From Ascidiella aspersa (lineage: Eukaryota), in assembly GCA_963924565.1 (NCBI GenBank), contig OZ004614.1:7688001-7752000 (forward strand): a DNA stretch of 64,000 nucleotides, in the 5' to 3' direction. The first letter of the stretch is position 1, and every line of letters begins with the position of its first letter. The notes under the pieces were generated by a model, which did no database searches, had not been told where the DNA came from, and saw nothing but the letters and a program-made list of their open reading frames with translations. Positions 13,201 through 26,400 of this stretch are shown here, in pieces. The translations under genes were made by a program, and so were the position numbers.

Positions 13201-14148
13201 TCGCATCAGAATGTGGATGAAATATTCATATGAGAAAAAAACTTGATTTAAATGAAAACGAGAATTTAACTCGAATTAGATTACAATTAGAATTAAAACA
13301 CACGATACATTCGCAAAATTGGTTAAGAAATAAAGTTAGTCGCATTTACTCCTAATTCAAATAATTATACTATACTAGAATGGAATATGGTCGTATGCAG
13401 CTGACGCGAGAAAGTGACTTTCTGTGCTCCATTCGGGTGTCATAAAATGGTGAGAGTATAGGCAGCATATTGCGGGTTCAAATGACTTCCGCCTGACCTG
13501 TAAACGCAGTGAGATCTTTCTATTTTAGGAAGTCTCTCTACAGCGCAAAAACACCGTATGCGAAATTAGGCGTACAGCGGGTTGAAGATAATTAATTAGC
13601 GTGCATTTTTAGACAGCTTTGTGTATATCAAGCTTCGAAAAGCAGGACTCCTGTTTAAAGAGTTGAGTCGGCGAAGCTGCTGTGTTTATCAAAAGTAAAA
13701 CGACGCCAAACTGCATAACAAGGGCGTTTTATTGAATTCAAGTGCTTTGGCAAAACACTCGACTGTAAATAACGCTTAATGAATATGAGCTGTTTTCTGG
13801 GAACGGCTCTGGAAATGCTGTTAATTGCTTCACGCTATGAAAACAATAACCGACGTAAAGCGAATTTTTAGTTTTATAGATTCATCTAGCTTGAAGCAAA
13901 GCTTTTTTTGTTTCTCAGTTACCGCGTATATGTTTTATATTGGCATGCTGCATTCACGCTACATACGTTCATATAAATGTATTTCTTACGTACATTGGAT
14001 GCGCCAATATTGCTATGTTTATATTTCTTAACGGTTTTTAATCGTGATTCAGTGCGATGTTAGACGCACCCACACTAAAAATGGTTGCCGTTTTAATTGC
14101 AATTTCGCCTTCGAACGAACCGTATGTTTTATATTTTTAGATTTTCAG

Positions 14149-14483
14149 GGAAGGCGAAAAGTGCAAAAATCTCTGAACGCATAGGTGTCTACATTACTGG
14201 ACTTAAACTGATAAACGACTGACTCTTAAGACATTGAAAGAACACTCCTTACCGATCTGAAATTCTTCGGGGTATAGAAAGGGCAGAGAATTAACAGGAC
14301 CTATTAGATTTCCAGGAAAAGCGAAAAGTGCCGCTGACAACTGAACGCCGTACAAGTCTCAACCTTACTGGACTTAAACGTTGAAACGACTGGTTCTAAA
14401 AAAAAAAGAAAAATCCGTAACACTCTCTATTGTCTCTGGGTGTTGGGCTGAGAAAAACAAGAACTGTAAACAACGAGAGATAA
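14149..14483 (+). other. Probable 5' UTR portion of the first coding exon of the membrane-protein gene
   Basis: Strong acceptor TTTTTAGATTTTCAG ends at 14148 and is followed by 335 nt with no ATG before the signal-peptide ATG. Confidence 0.55.
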
Positions 14484-17400
14484 ATGAAGCTACCAGCAGC
14501 CTTATCAAGGTCCTTGACCTTGCTTCTGTTTTTCATCTGCGCTCACCCAAGTCCATCGGGGGCAAGTGACCTTTGCGGGGACCCGGGGCCTTTCCCACTC
14601 CCAAACCTGATTCGGCTCGCAAAGCACCAGACCCAGTACGTCATCGGCAAAGGGAATACCCAAACGACCTCGTGGATCGTAGAAACTGCAACAGGCGGCG
14701 GAAACGTCAGTGTTGAGATTGCCTTGGATGAGACCGACCTGAGGGGCATTCCCTGTTCCGACACTCCTCCGTACTACGACAGGTGCTTGTCGGTTTTATT
14801 TCTTATTTTTCAATATTTTTTTTACTTTTTTTAATTTGCGAAAAATTGGTTTTAGGGCGCCTGTAGACTAGAAAAGTAGTTTTGAAGTGATTCTTAGCCT
14901 TTTTAGCGGCGTTATATATCCCAGAAGCATTTTTTTAACAATACATTCTAAAAACTGTTTAAGTTATAACCAGCAATCGTTTAATGGATAAATAACACGG
15001 CAATAAATAGATAAACATGAAATAATAATCTGCATTTAAACAAATTAAAATTTTGAACATTCGATAGGCTGATATAGCGATATTGCTCTTTGCTATTCAG
15101 CGTTCACAGACTCATAACGTTCTTAACCGTCCTAAAAATGTCAAATAACTCTTCATGGGGGTTGTTAACCCCTGTAGTACTGCTTAGTACCATCAAATAT
15201 GCTTCATTCATGTTTCTGATCCCTTTTTATAGTAAATAAAATGTTCTTGTTAACGAATAATAAGAGAGGCCCGTCATAGCTTTTGTGCTTCACGTTTGCG
15301 AGTCTTATTTAGTCCCTGGCTTTCGGGATGACCAGCACAATTTTTATTACTTACTTTCTTAGAAGATATATACAGCCACCATCCAACTATCATTAAGACT
15401 ACTTTTAGTGTTTTTCTAACTTCTAACTTGATCATTTTTTTGTCGCAGGAGCTCAATGGTGATCATTCTGTTGTCCGACGGCTCTAAGATCCGCCACTGT
15501 CCAGGACGACCCGACCCAAGAAGTTACGTGTCCGGCAGCCGCATAGAAATCGCACATTGCCGACCGACCAGGGGTAGTCAGTTTAAGCTCAAAGTAACTG
15601 CCAGTAAGTAACAACGAAATATCAAATTGCTACGATTGGGGCTTATTATAGAACAATTTTGCGTTTGTAGAATTCACACTATTGGGAATTTTTTTATCAC
15701 GAGAGCCTTTGTAAAATCCAAACAAAACCACTAAGGTTTTAAAAAAGATGTAAAACAACTTTATTCGATAAAAGCAGAACACTATAGTTGCGTAAACTTA
15801 AACTTATTCGAATTAAGATTGTAAGCAGAACTGATAATGCAATTTTTGCGCAATTTAAGTAATCTGTTTTTATTAAATAAAGTTGTTTTACATTTTTTTT
15901 AAAACTTTGTGCTTTTGCTTGTGTCTTGCGATATGGATAACAAATCTAGTGTTGGAACAGGCTTAGATCCCAATATAAACAATAAAAATAATGATAATAA
16001 TAATACTTATATTTTATCAGCTTTCTGTAAACAATGGAAATTTTAGGCAATTAGACGTTAAATATTAGCCTACCCCACCTAATTTACCCTCAAAACACCA
16101 TTATTGGGATATTTTAGCAGCTTTACATTGGCGCATAAGTATCCCAACTTTTATATTTATTCGTATTTCTGTTGTTTCCTCAGTTTAACTAATCTATATT
16201 CTATATAGTGGTCGGCTTTGCCGTTGCATTCATTTTAATTTAAAATTGATAATGGTCAAGTACTTTGTATTGTTAAGTAAATATTTTGCACATTTTCTTA
16301 GCCCGTATTTTTTAAACTATGTACAGTTACTTTTTTACTATTTAAACTATAAGCGTTTAAACATATGCATTCTTGAACAAAGGCTTTTGTATACCTCTTG
16401 GTCTATATTGGCCCATCGCAGTAGGTTTTATAGAAATCTATACGGAATAGAAAATCTATTTTTATGCATGTAAATAAAAACGGAAGCATTTTGCCATCTT
16501 CTAAGAGTTCGGTATAGCGCTGGTTCCGTTTTCAAGCTAAATGCAAAGCAAGAGTTTCTCGTTAGGTGCTATTGTAGCGTCAAAAGTAGAATACTTATCT
16601 CACATAAACACAGGTCGCGTAGAAAAAATACATTTAAATGGATTAGGTTAGCAAGACTTTAATTTAAATAGCGATATGGCATTCGCACGAAGGAAAAATA
16701 AATATGCGTACCGGTGGTAAAATTTTTCAGCAACTGTACGTGATAGGGATTAAAAAATAGACTTTTGATACATGGTCTTGCAAAAAAATACTTCATTGTA
16801 ACGCCTTCCGGACAGTTACTTTTACCACTTCTCGTAACACATTGTAAAAAGGGTTTTAGTGCTCACACGGCTTCCAAAAATCAATGCTTGTTTGTCGCAT
16901 TAGGGTGCAGGTAGCCCCCGAATGGGTTACAAATGCCATTTCACAGGGTTATATTCAAGTATTTTTACATACTTTACTGCTATAGTGCAATCTGTTGCAG
17001 CCGGCTTAAGTTTGGTGATGTTATGAAATCTAAGATGTAATTAATCAAAACTCGCTCTATATGCGCATGGGTTTGTAGAATATAGGTCGTTTTAACGTGC
17101 CAGACTAGTAAAGCAATAATATTACACTTTCGTTCATTTTACCTGAAATCTATTTAAGACTTGAACGGCACTAGCGTTCCACCTATAAAGCATTTGCTTA
17201 CCACAAGTTACTGGCCCAAAAGTAATGAAAGTGCACTGTCCTAAATTAAAAAAATTTCGATGCAAACAATAGTGAAAACGTTGTGGTTCTTTGTAACCGT
17301 CTATTGTGCCAGTACAACCAGGGTTACGTTTTGTTAACGGTAAAACACAATAAAACCGGGCTGGATCCAGGGGCACGTAGCCATGATCCCCTAATCGAGT

Positions 17401-20400
17401 TATTTCAAGCCGATTTGAATTATAAATTCATTAGACTTTAATGACCCAACACAAGTTATTGAGGTTTCCAGTGTTTTAAACAAGTCATTTTGAAATGACT
17501 TAAGTCCCAGTCAAGTCTGATGAAAAATAACTTAAGTCCAAGTTAAGTCTTTCGCAAAAATAATAACAAGTCAAGTCCCAGTCCAAGTCATCGGTTGCCC
17601 AAGACAAGTCCCAGTCAAGTTATTATGAGAGCAAGTCAATTTCAAGTCATGTCATTGACACTGTTAAACTATTAAAATTCGTCCGATTATGAGAAACAAT
17701 TTGACTAAAAAACAACTGAAGTCAAGTCAAGTCATTTTGGTCAAAATACTTAAGTCAAGTAATTTTCAAAAAGTGACTTAAATGCACTTAAGTTAAGTCA
17801 AGGAATTGAGTCATTACAACACTGGATTTACTGTAGAGGGCATGATTTATTACCGACTAAGAGCTTTTGTGTATACCGTATGTTTTATGATGTTTCTGCT
17901 TATGTGACAGTATTATTGCCTATGCCAAGCAACGCTAACTCACACCAAAGTGTTAAATGCTGAATGGCTTTTTCCGCCATATCACTGCGGTCAGCATTGG
18001 GATTGTAGGTAGCTACTTAAGGCCGCTATATCCGCTTGAAAACTAACTCTTCTTAACTGTCGACTTGTGCTGTTTACAGCGTTGATTGTTTGGCCGCTCT
18101 AAAGAAACTGGCTGTTCGTTTATTAACTAATCCAATTTTAATCACCAGAACGTCTTGAGGCCGCTCGCGAGTTAGATACGCACCCTAAAGTTGGAGTCAG
18201 AACGAAAGTGTCAATTAGAACACTCTTCGGCTGAATCAACTATTATAAGCCTCAACAACTAAACCCGTGCCCCACATTACCGTACACCTTTTTTAATTCC
18301 AGGCGTAGCAGGCACCAGGCGAGCGACACAGGTGATCACGACTGTGACTATGAAGAAGACAGCATTGCCTCAATGGCTTGCACTCGAGACGCCGGGCAAG
18401 GGACTGGTCGCCGAGCTTTCCAGCATTCTCGTTCGAAGAGGCGGCAGCGGGCGTTGTAAGACTGGCTACATTCGAATTCTCGGTAAGAAATAGTACTTGT
18501 CTCCAAGAGTAGCAAGGCTGCTCTGGTGCAGTGTTTAAAGTTGTATACCTCTGGAGAAACGTCTAGGAAATCGTTTGTTCCTTATTGTTATAGCCACGCC
18601 ATGAAACCTGCTTAAAGTTTGTGCAGGAAACATACGAAAAAGCCAACTTTTCCTTTTTGTACTGGATAAACATAATGTTTTATACGTTAGTACTTTTGAG
18701 AATTTGGATGGTGTTGTGTATAGTTTTATTTTTGGTACAAACTACCCTAACTATTCGATAGTTGTAAAACAGAATCGGCATACTTTTTATCTTAATCTAA
18801 ACGAAATACGATCGAAATTATAACTGTGGTCTTTAATGGTATTTACGAAAACTTTAAAGACAATGTATGGCATTGTAAAACCTAGTACAGCTCATCTGTT
18901 GAACTATATTAATTTTATTTATAGAACGCACTATTCATTTTTATGGTACAGCGCAATTTTGCATTGTCAGTTAAAAATAAGCCAGAATCGATGTCTATTG
19001 TTTACAGTACGAGGGTGATTCATTCACCCATTAAAAGAGTAACAGTTGTCGCATAAAAGGTCTTCTACGGTTGTGCTACAACAGTAATCACCCTTTTGCA
19101 ACATACACGTCAATAATGCAGGGTTATTTGGGGATTGCAATTGAAACTGTATGTTGAAAATACATTAACCGGCTGAAATTGGCACCTTATTGAAACAAAA
19201 ACCGCTATCGCCATTGTAGTCCTGTCTGTATAGCTTTTTAAATGCCCAGACAAACCGGAAATGGCTTGGCCTGTGAGCAATACTGACCGGAACCTGCACT
19301 GTTACGTCACAGCAGGTCTAATGCAATAAAAATTGCACATTAATCACGCGCCGTGCAACACAAGGCCTTACAACACAGCATGACCGATCAGGAATACCTA
19401 CCTTACCTATAACGTCCGATGACTGTGACGTCATAAAAACCGATTTAAAAAATTACAACCAGCTGCTTGTTTTGATTTCTGCTGGTCGCAGGCGCGACTC
19501 ATGTTGTGCAGGCTGGCAGTGACGTAGCGCTTCTTGCTAATATGATGTCACAGGCGTGCTGTCATCTTTTTTTCGACAGGCAGCGCAACACGGCGCCGCA
19601 CAAACACGCAATTGTTTCGGGGCTGAGATAAACACAAGCCGGTGCCCACGCGCTTTGTAATTCACAACAGCGTTACGACAAATCTCTTATGCAGAGCAGC
19701 TCTGATTCTGTATTCAAATTGTTCATCTTAAAAAGCATAGAAGCAGCTTTTTGTATAAACTCACTTTGAAACTTTCTACTCAAAAACGCATTAATTGAAT
19801 TTTGTGTCGAAACTTGTTGACTTAAATATTATTATTAAACAACGGACACATTATTTAAACAATTATTTACCTAAATAAATTTCGCATTGCACAAAAGGCT
19901 GCATCTCGCCTGCCGGTTGCAGTTTGGTAACGCTGCCCGAGTTCGGTCGTTATAAAGTTTTGAAACAAATTTCGCAAAAGACCAAATTGCGAAAACAAAA
20001 CAACTAGTTATAATTTCCAAATTAAAAACATAACATAATAAGGCTTAATTCTACAGCCGGCTAAAAACTTAAAAGCGGAACTATAAATAGAATCTGGTTT
20101 AAGGAATGGACAAAATGTGACCATATTTTTGTCGTTTTTCAGACGCCTTGGGAGAAAATGTGCTGCCCGAATTTCCGATTATCTGCAACAAGACCGGAAT
20201 GACAATACCCAGCACATTGCGTGTTGTTACTGCACGCCCATTGGTCAACATCACATTCAAGGGTGCCTACTTCAAGCTCTTGTTCTACTCCTCGCCGCTC
20301 TCGGAGATTTCAAAGTATCTTTTGACGACAGGTAATGTACAACCGCCAATGATCATGTGGAGTATAGGGAAAGATAATGTAAGTAATGTAAGGGGGCTGG

Positions 20401-23400
20401 TTCTTTTGCTTCGAGGTCAGTGTTTCATCGAATTTACGCAACTGTGCAATCAGGCAGCCACAACTGACATTTTGCGCAATAAAATTTGCTCTTTGCGCAG
20501 TTACATCGTTCCCGAGTTTAAAGTTAAAGGTCTTATATATTTAGATCAACAATTTTGAGCGTTTCGAATAGGTTATTTTAACGTAATACATGTCTCTGCG
20601 ATGTAAACTACTCTTCCCAATAAGTTCGTACCCAAAGCTGTGTTTTGTTATCTGACGTGAAAAATCCAATGTCTGCACCGAAAAAAAAAACCTTTGAGGG
20701 AAAAATACGGTTTAGAATCGACTGACTAAACACAGCAATCTTTTAGGATGGTTAGTCCTTAATAATAATTTGTGACATCATCTATAAAATTAACCAATGT
20801 ACTTGAGTGCTAAATTTTTGTTTGCGTTTAGTGTCCCTTTACTGGTTTCTCATAGGTATTTTTTCGTATATGTTATGCAAAATTGAAATCGTGTACTTCC
20901 TTTGACTACGATTTCTTTAAAATGTCAAAAAATTGATTTATTTTAAACTGATAAAATACTCTCCGACATGTATTAATTTGCGAAGAAAGTTATTAACTTA
21001 GAGAAAATATATTTGGCACAATTAATACACGTGGGCAAAGGCGAACACAAAATATTTACGCTCTTTATCTGAGAGTTAGAAACTCCATCAAACGCTAGTT
21101 TTATTTATGATGCTATAGTTAGCAAATGCCTTGCAACTTTTAGCTACCCCGGAAACAATTGGTCCGCGCAAGATGGCTCACGTTAACGCCACGACGATTC
21201 AAAGTGTGCAGAACAATGACAGCGCCGCTGGTGGCGACGAAGGAATTGACAAAGATCCGCAAGGTGGCGGAAGTTCATCGGGAACATACGAGGCGATCGG
21301 GTTGGGTTGCGCCGGTGTGTTCGTCATTCTCGTGTTCGCGGTCGCCTGCGTCGTGTTGAAAAAGCGAAGAAAGAGATCAGCGCATCATCGGAGCATGTCC
21401 ACGAAGGTTCGTCACGAAAGTAACCAGTTAAAAACAAAACAATATGTACATAACCAAAGATTTACTGGTTGATTTGCGCACGAAAAGTACATGGGGCCGG
21501 AAAACGTTAGTTAGGTGGAAAACATTAGTCGGAAAACCTATACCACGTTATTTTTAATGTAATTATCCAACCACCCGTTTCTTCATTTTCCCACCAGATT
21601 TAAAGAGAAGGCCCCTCACCGTATCTAACCATTAGGTGCTGGTTTCCTCGCATCTCTAAATTTTGCTAATTTTGAAAGTTCCATTTAATTAAAATTATAG
21701 TCCTATAGGTAGGTGGCCATACACGTCGCGAAATATTCCGTATCAACTTGTAATGAGTAGCATTACTCGTATGTTACTCGCTAAACCTGAAAAAATTCCT
21801 TGTTATATATTGTATTTTTCTTATTTTTCAGTTGAGCTATGTTCATATTTAAACGAGTTTATCAATTTTAATATTTTGGCGTTTTCCTTGTATGACCAAG
21901 ACTTGACTTGAAGTTGACTTTCTCTAACAGTGACTTTGGCTGCGACTTGACTTGTTATTAATTCACAAAGACTTGACTTGGACTCAGCTTATGCTAAAAA
22001 TGCCTTGGCTGCTACTAAAATCATTTCAAAATTATTTGCTTACAACACTGCCGAAGAGACATTTCGCTCCAACAGCCTTCTTTGCCCTTAACTGACTAAA
22101 ACATCGTTTTTCTCCAACAGCAGTCCCGATCGACTGACGTCACAGAGTACGTGGACAGGCGTAAACTGGGCGAGGAGGAGGGAGTCCGATCCATCAACAA
22201 CCTCATGTACGACAAAGTCCAGCAAAACGGAGATCCACGCAAACAGTCCCTTGCCAGCCAAACTTCACGAGGCCCGCTACTCGTGCCAAACGACAGGCCG
22301 CAGTACGCGTCTGAGGTAAAGTCGGTGAACTTTGTATTACACCAGTCAGTGTTTCGACAGCATCTCTTACGCAGGACAATACTGATTCTGCATTCAATTT
22401 GACGACTTCAATAAAACACCTAGAAGTAACAGCTTAGTGTATAAACGCACTTTAAAACTTTCTGCCTAGATGCGCGTTAAGTCAGTGTTTCTTAAACTTT
22501 TATGTCTAGCGGCACCCCTTTAGAAACAACAAATAGATTGCCGCAGCCCTACAAGATTTTTCCGTAGGTAATTCACTAGAATGTCACAATACACGGAACT
22601 GAAACAATGAACATCAACTCTACACAACGTGAGGGAATTATAATTGGAATTGTTGCACTATAATCTTACAAAACGATTCTTAAAGATTCTCAAATATCTC
22701 TCGGCACCCTGGAGCATTAGAAATGCGGCAACCCGGTTGAGAACCACTGCGTCAGTGGCTTGCCATTTAGGTCGTGCTCAATGTATGACTGTTAAGGTTG
22801 AAGCTTAATCTGAGAAATTCCATACTGCAACAAGTTTGTTTCAGTTCAGCGGTTTCCGACCGGGATGCCACGGGTGCCATTTCTACTGCCCAACGTGCCG
22901 GGCAAGCATTCTACTTTTTTTCTTTATTTGTAAGCCTCTTAACACTGTTTGTATACGATAAGAGTGCATTAAATCAAATCATATTTTGCTATACATTGTG
23001 TAGCGTTTGCCACAGTACAGGCCGCAGTACGCATAAGGTAATTACGCCAGAGGCCCTTATTTCGGTCGTGTCCTTGTAGCTGAGCCCTGTTTCCCAGTGT
23101 TGTAATGAGGTAAGTCAGTGACTTGATTTAAGTGCACTTTAGTCACTGTTTTCAAAAGTCACTATTTTCTTGACTTGGCTTTAATCTTTTGAGCACAATG
23201 ACTTGGCTTTTTGAGCTAAAGTGTTTTCACAAAGCATTTTTTTTTCTAAAATTGGGTATTTATCCTAATTTTTTCCCGCAAGACAATTAACTTGACTTGG
23301 GTCAAATGACTTGGACTGGGACTTGGCTTGTTATTTATTTAAAAAAAGCTTTACTTGGACTTCAGTTATTTTACGAATGAATTGACTGGGACTTAAGTCA

Positions 23401-26400
23401 GTTAAAAATGACATGTTTACAACACAGCTATTCCTCCTGAGAAAAATATATTTCTCCGTGAACGTTTGTTCTACTAAACTGACATCTTTTTTTCACAGCT
23501 GAGGTGTGGACAGTCATGGGAAATTTTCTTGTTAATTAGTCAATTAGTATATGAGTTTACCAACTACTTGCATATTTATAACACATAGTAGCTCCCTCGT
23601 GTTTGTCTTATGTTTGTACACTGTCAAGGGGCATTAAAATTCGCAAATTGTGGTGCTGCTGCTTACGTTTGTTTATGCAGTTTAAATTATGTCCTACCTT
23701 TTTTACTGTTTCTTGGAAGGATTATTAACATAAAAGCGTTACCAAGAATCGGACAAAACGAGGTGTTTAGGTTTAGTGGTGAAGCAAACTATAAGTTCGT
23801 TTGCCAAAGACAAATGTCTCGATGGTTAATCGCTGATCCAGAAGGGTAAAAACATAGATTTGGAGTTGTGTAAAAATGTTCAGTGCAACTATTGCGGACA
23901 AACAAAGCTAAAACACAACCAAAGCAAGATCCAAAAGCAGCAATGCATAACCTCTTACAGGCCGAAAAGCGCCAGCAGCGTCTCAGTCAACTCCAGGATG
24001 TCTACTTGGACTACGACGGTCGCCCCAAGGCCAAAAGCGCCCCGCCGAAGCCCCTGCTCATGCCACCCCCGGCTACGGGGGGCGACAGGCCCCAGCTTCC
24101 GACCCCCGCGCCACCCGCGACGCCCCATTATTACGCGACAATCAAGGACGGGACGGTTGGAGAGGAACCGATAACGGCAGCTTATGCTTGCGTGAATAAG
24201 AACAAATCAGGTGAGTTGGAATTACTAGCTGTTGAGCGTACAACACACTGCTTATAAGTGTACTTAAAATTACCTTGTTTGAAGCAAAGGCAGGTCATGA
24301 CCGCGTGCCTCACATATTTTATTTTTGCCAATTTGAACTATACATAAGTGCAAAAAGATTTTGCGCTACGCGCGAATCTCGATTATCTTTTAAATGTGAC
24401 TTTTGCAGACGCTTTTGGATAAGAGCGTTTTAGCCCGAAGGCGGCGTGCCTCACATATTTTATTTTTGCAAAAAGATTTTGTGCTACGCGCGAATCTCGA
24501 TTATCTTTTAAATGTGACTTTTGCAGACGCTTTTGGATAAGAGCGTTTTAGCCCGAAGGCGGCGTGCCTCACATATTTTATTTTTGCAAAAAGATTTTGT
24601 GCTACGCGCGAATCTCGATTACCTTTTAAATGTGACTTTTGCAGACGCTTTTGGATAAGAGCGTTTTAGCCCGAAGGCGGCGTGCCTCACATATTTTATT
24701 TTTGCAAAAAGATTTTGTGCTACGCGCGAATCTCGATTATCTTTTAAATGTGACTTTTGCAGACGCTTTTGGATAAGAGCGTTTTAGCCCGAAGGCGGCG
24801 TGCCTCACATATTTTATTTTTGCAAAAAGATTTTGTGCTACGCGCGAATCTCGATTACCTTTTAAATGTGACTTTTGCAGACGCTTTTGGATAAGAGCGT
24901 TTTAGCCCGAAGGCGGCGTGCCTCACATATTTTATTTTTGCAAAAAGATTTTGTGCTACGCGCGAATCTCGATTATCTTTTAAATGTGACTTTTGCAGAC
25001 GCTTTTGGATAAGAGCGTTTTAGCCCGAAGGCGGCGTGCCTCACATATTTTATTTTTGCAAAAAGATTTTGTGCTACGCGCGAATCTCGATTATCTTTTA
25101 AATGTGACTTTTGCAGACGCTTTTGGATAAGAGCGTTTTAGCCCGAAGGCGGCGTGCCTCACATATTTTATTTTTGCAAAAAGATTTTGTGCTACGCGCG
25201 AATCTCGATTACCTTTTAAATGTGACTTTTGCAGACGCTTTTGGATAAGAGCGTTTTAGCCCGAAGGCGGCGTGCCTCACATATTTTATTTTTGCAAAAA
25301 GATTTTGTGCTACGCGCGAATCTCGATTACCTTTTAAATGTGACTTTTGCAGACGCTTTTGGATAAGAGCGTTTTAGCCCAAAGGCGGCGTGCTTCTCAT
25401 CGCAACGCGGAAGATAACATATTTGTAATGTAGCTTTTGTATTGAAACTAACACCTCTACAAACCTAAAACTAACAAAATAACTAATGTGTGGTTTTTTA
25501 AGGTTACTACTTTACAACACCACATTTAAATGTAACTTTGTGACGTCACATCTCTTACATTACCTTTAGGAAAGCATAATATTTTCAGAGATCATAACGT
25601 GACGTCATCTCGGAAAAAATTATGTTTCCTTAAAACAATCTCGATCTAAAGTTAGTCGATTTTTTTACTTAGTCGAATTCTACTTTTATTTGCAAAGTGC
25701 TTAGCCAATTAAACTAGTGTTTTGAAGAAAAGCCTCAAACTTTTTAAAAATTTTAGTTGCATTTGTACCTGATTTTAATTTCTTTATTGCAAGGTTCATC
25801 CCTTATGCTCCAAATTATTTGCGAACTCCGTCGTCAACCAGACGTTTTTTATATTTTGCTGACTACCTGACGAACACAATTTTTTTTATGGAAATACCAA
25901 AGACAGCAAGACCCTAGTTATATCTTTAATTCAAAACTGATTTAACGACAATTTCGCGTTTCTTTCTGCAGCGGCCAACAGCGTACAAAGCGAAGAAGAA
26001 GCAGAAAAACAAGAAGAAGACGAAGAAGAGTTCGACACAATCCCGGAAGTGGCGGAGTACACCACGACCAATCATCTTCCCTTGGGTCGAGCATCCGGAA
26101 CTGCTCTTCCGACGCGACTCACAACCGACAAGCGCCTCCCGGTGGCGGAATACGGCTCCACCCAGCGGACGCAGACGAGCACCCCCTGCATTTCGCTTGC
26201 TCCCTCGGATCCACACTTGGATCGCCTGCAGGCTGGTGGTTCGAACCCCGGTTTGCCCCTGGTCGACAACGAAGGCTACTTGTCGCTGAACTCTACGGAT
26301 GACTTTCCTCCTGCGCCGGAGCCGCGTTCCTCCAAGCAGCAATCGTACGTGGAGGCCAACTCCGTATCCCAGGATGACGTGCGAAAGCACTTTCTCCGGA

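Noticed and set aside
18149-18234. Additional receptor exon before exon 3
   Set aside because: It has an acceptor and a short open frame but no phase-compatible GT donor before the stop, and the gene model is complete without it.
24304-25393. CRISPR array
   Set aside because: The units are contiguous and near-identical with no unique spacers, the array lies in a eukaryotic intron, and there are no cas genes.
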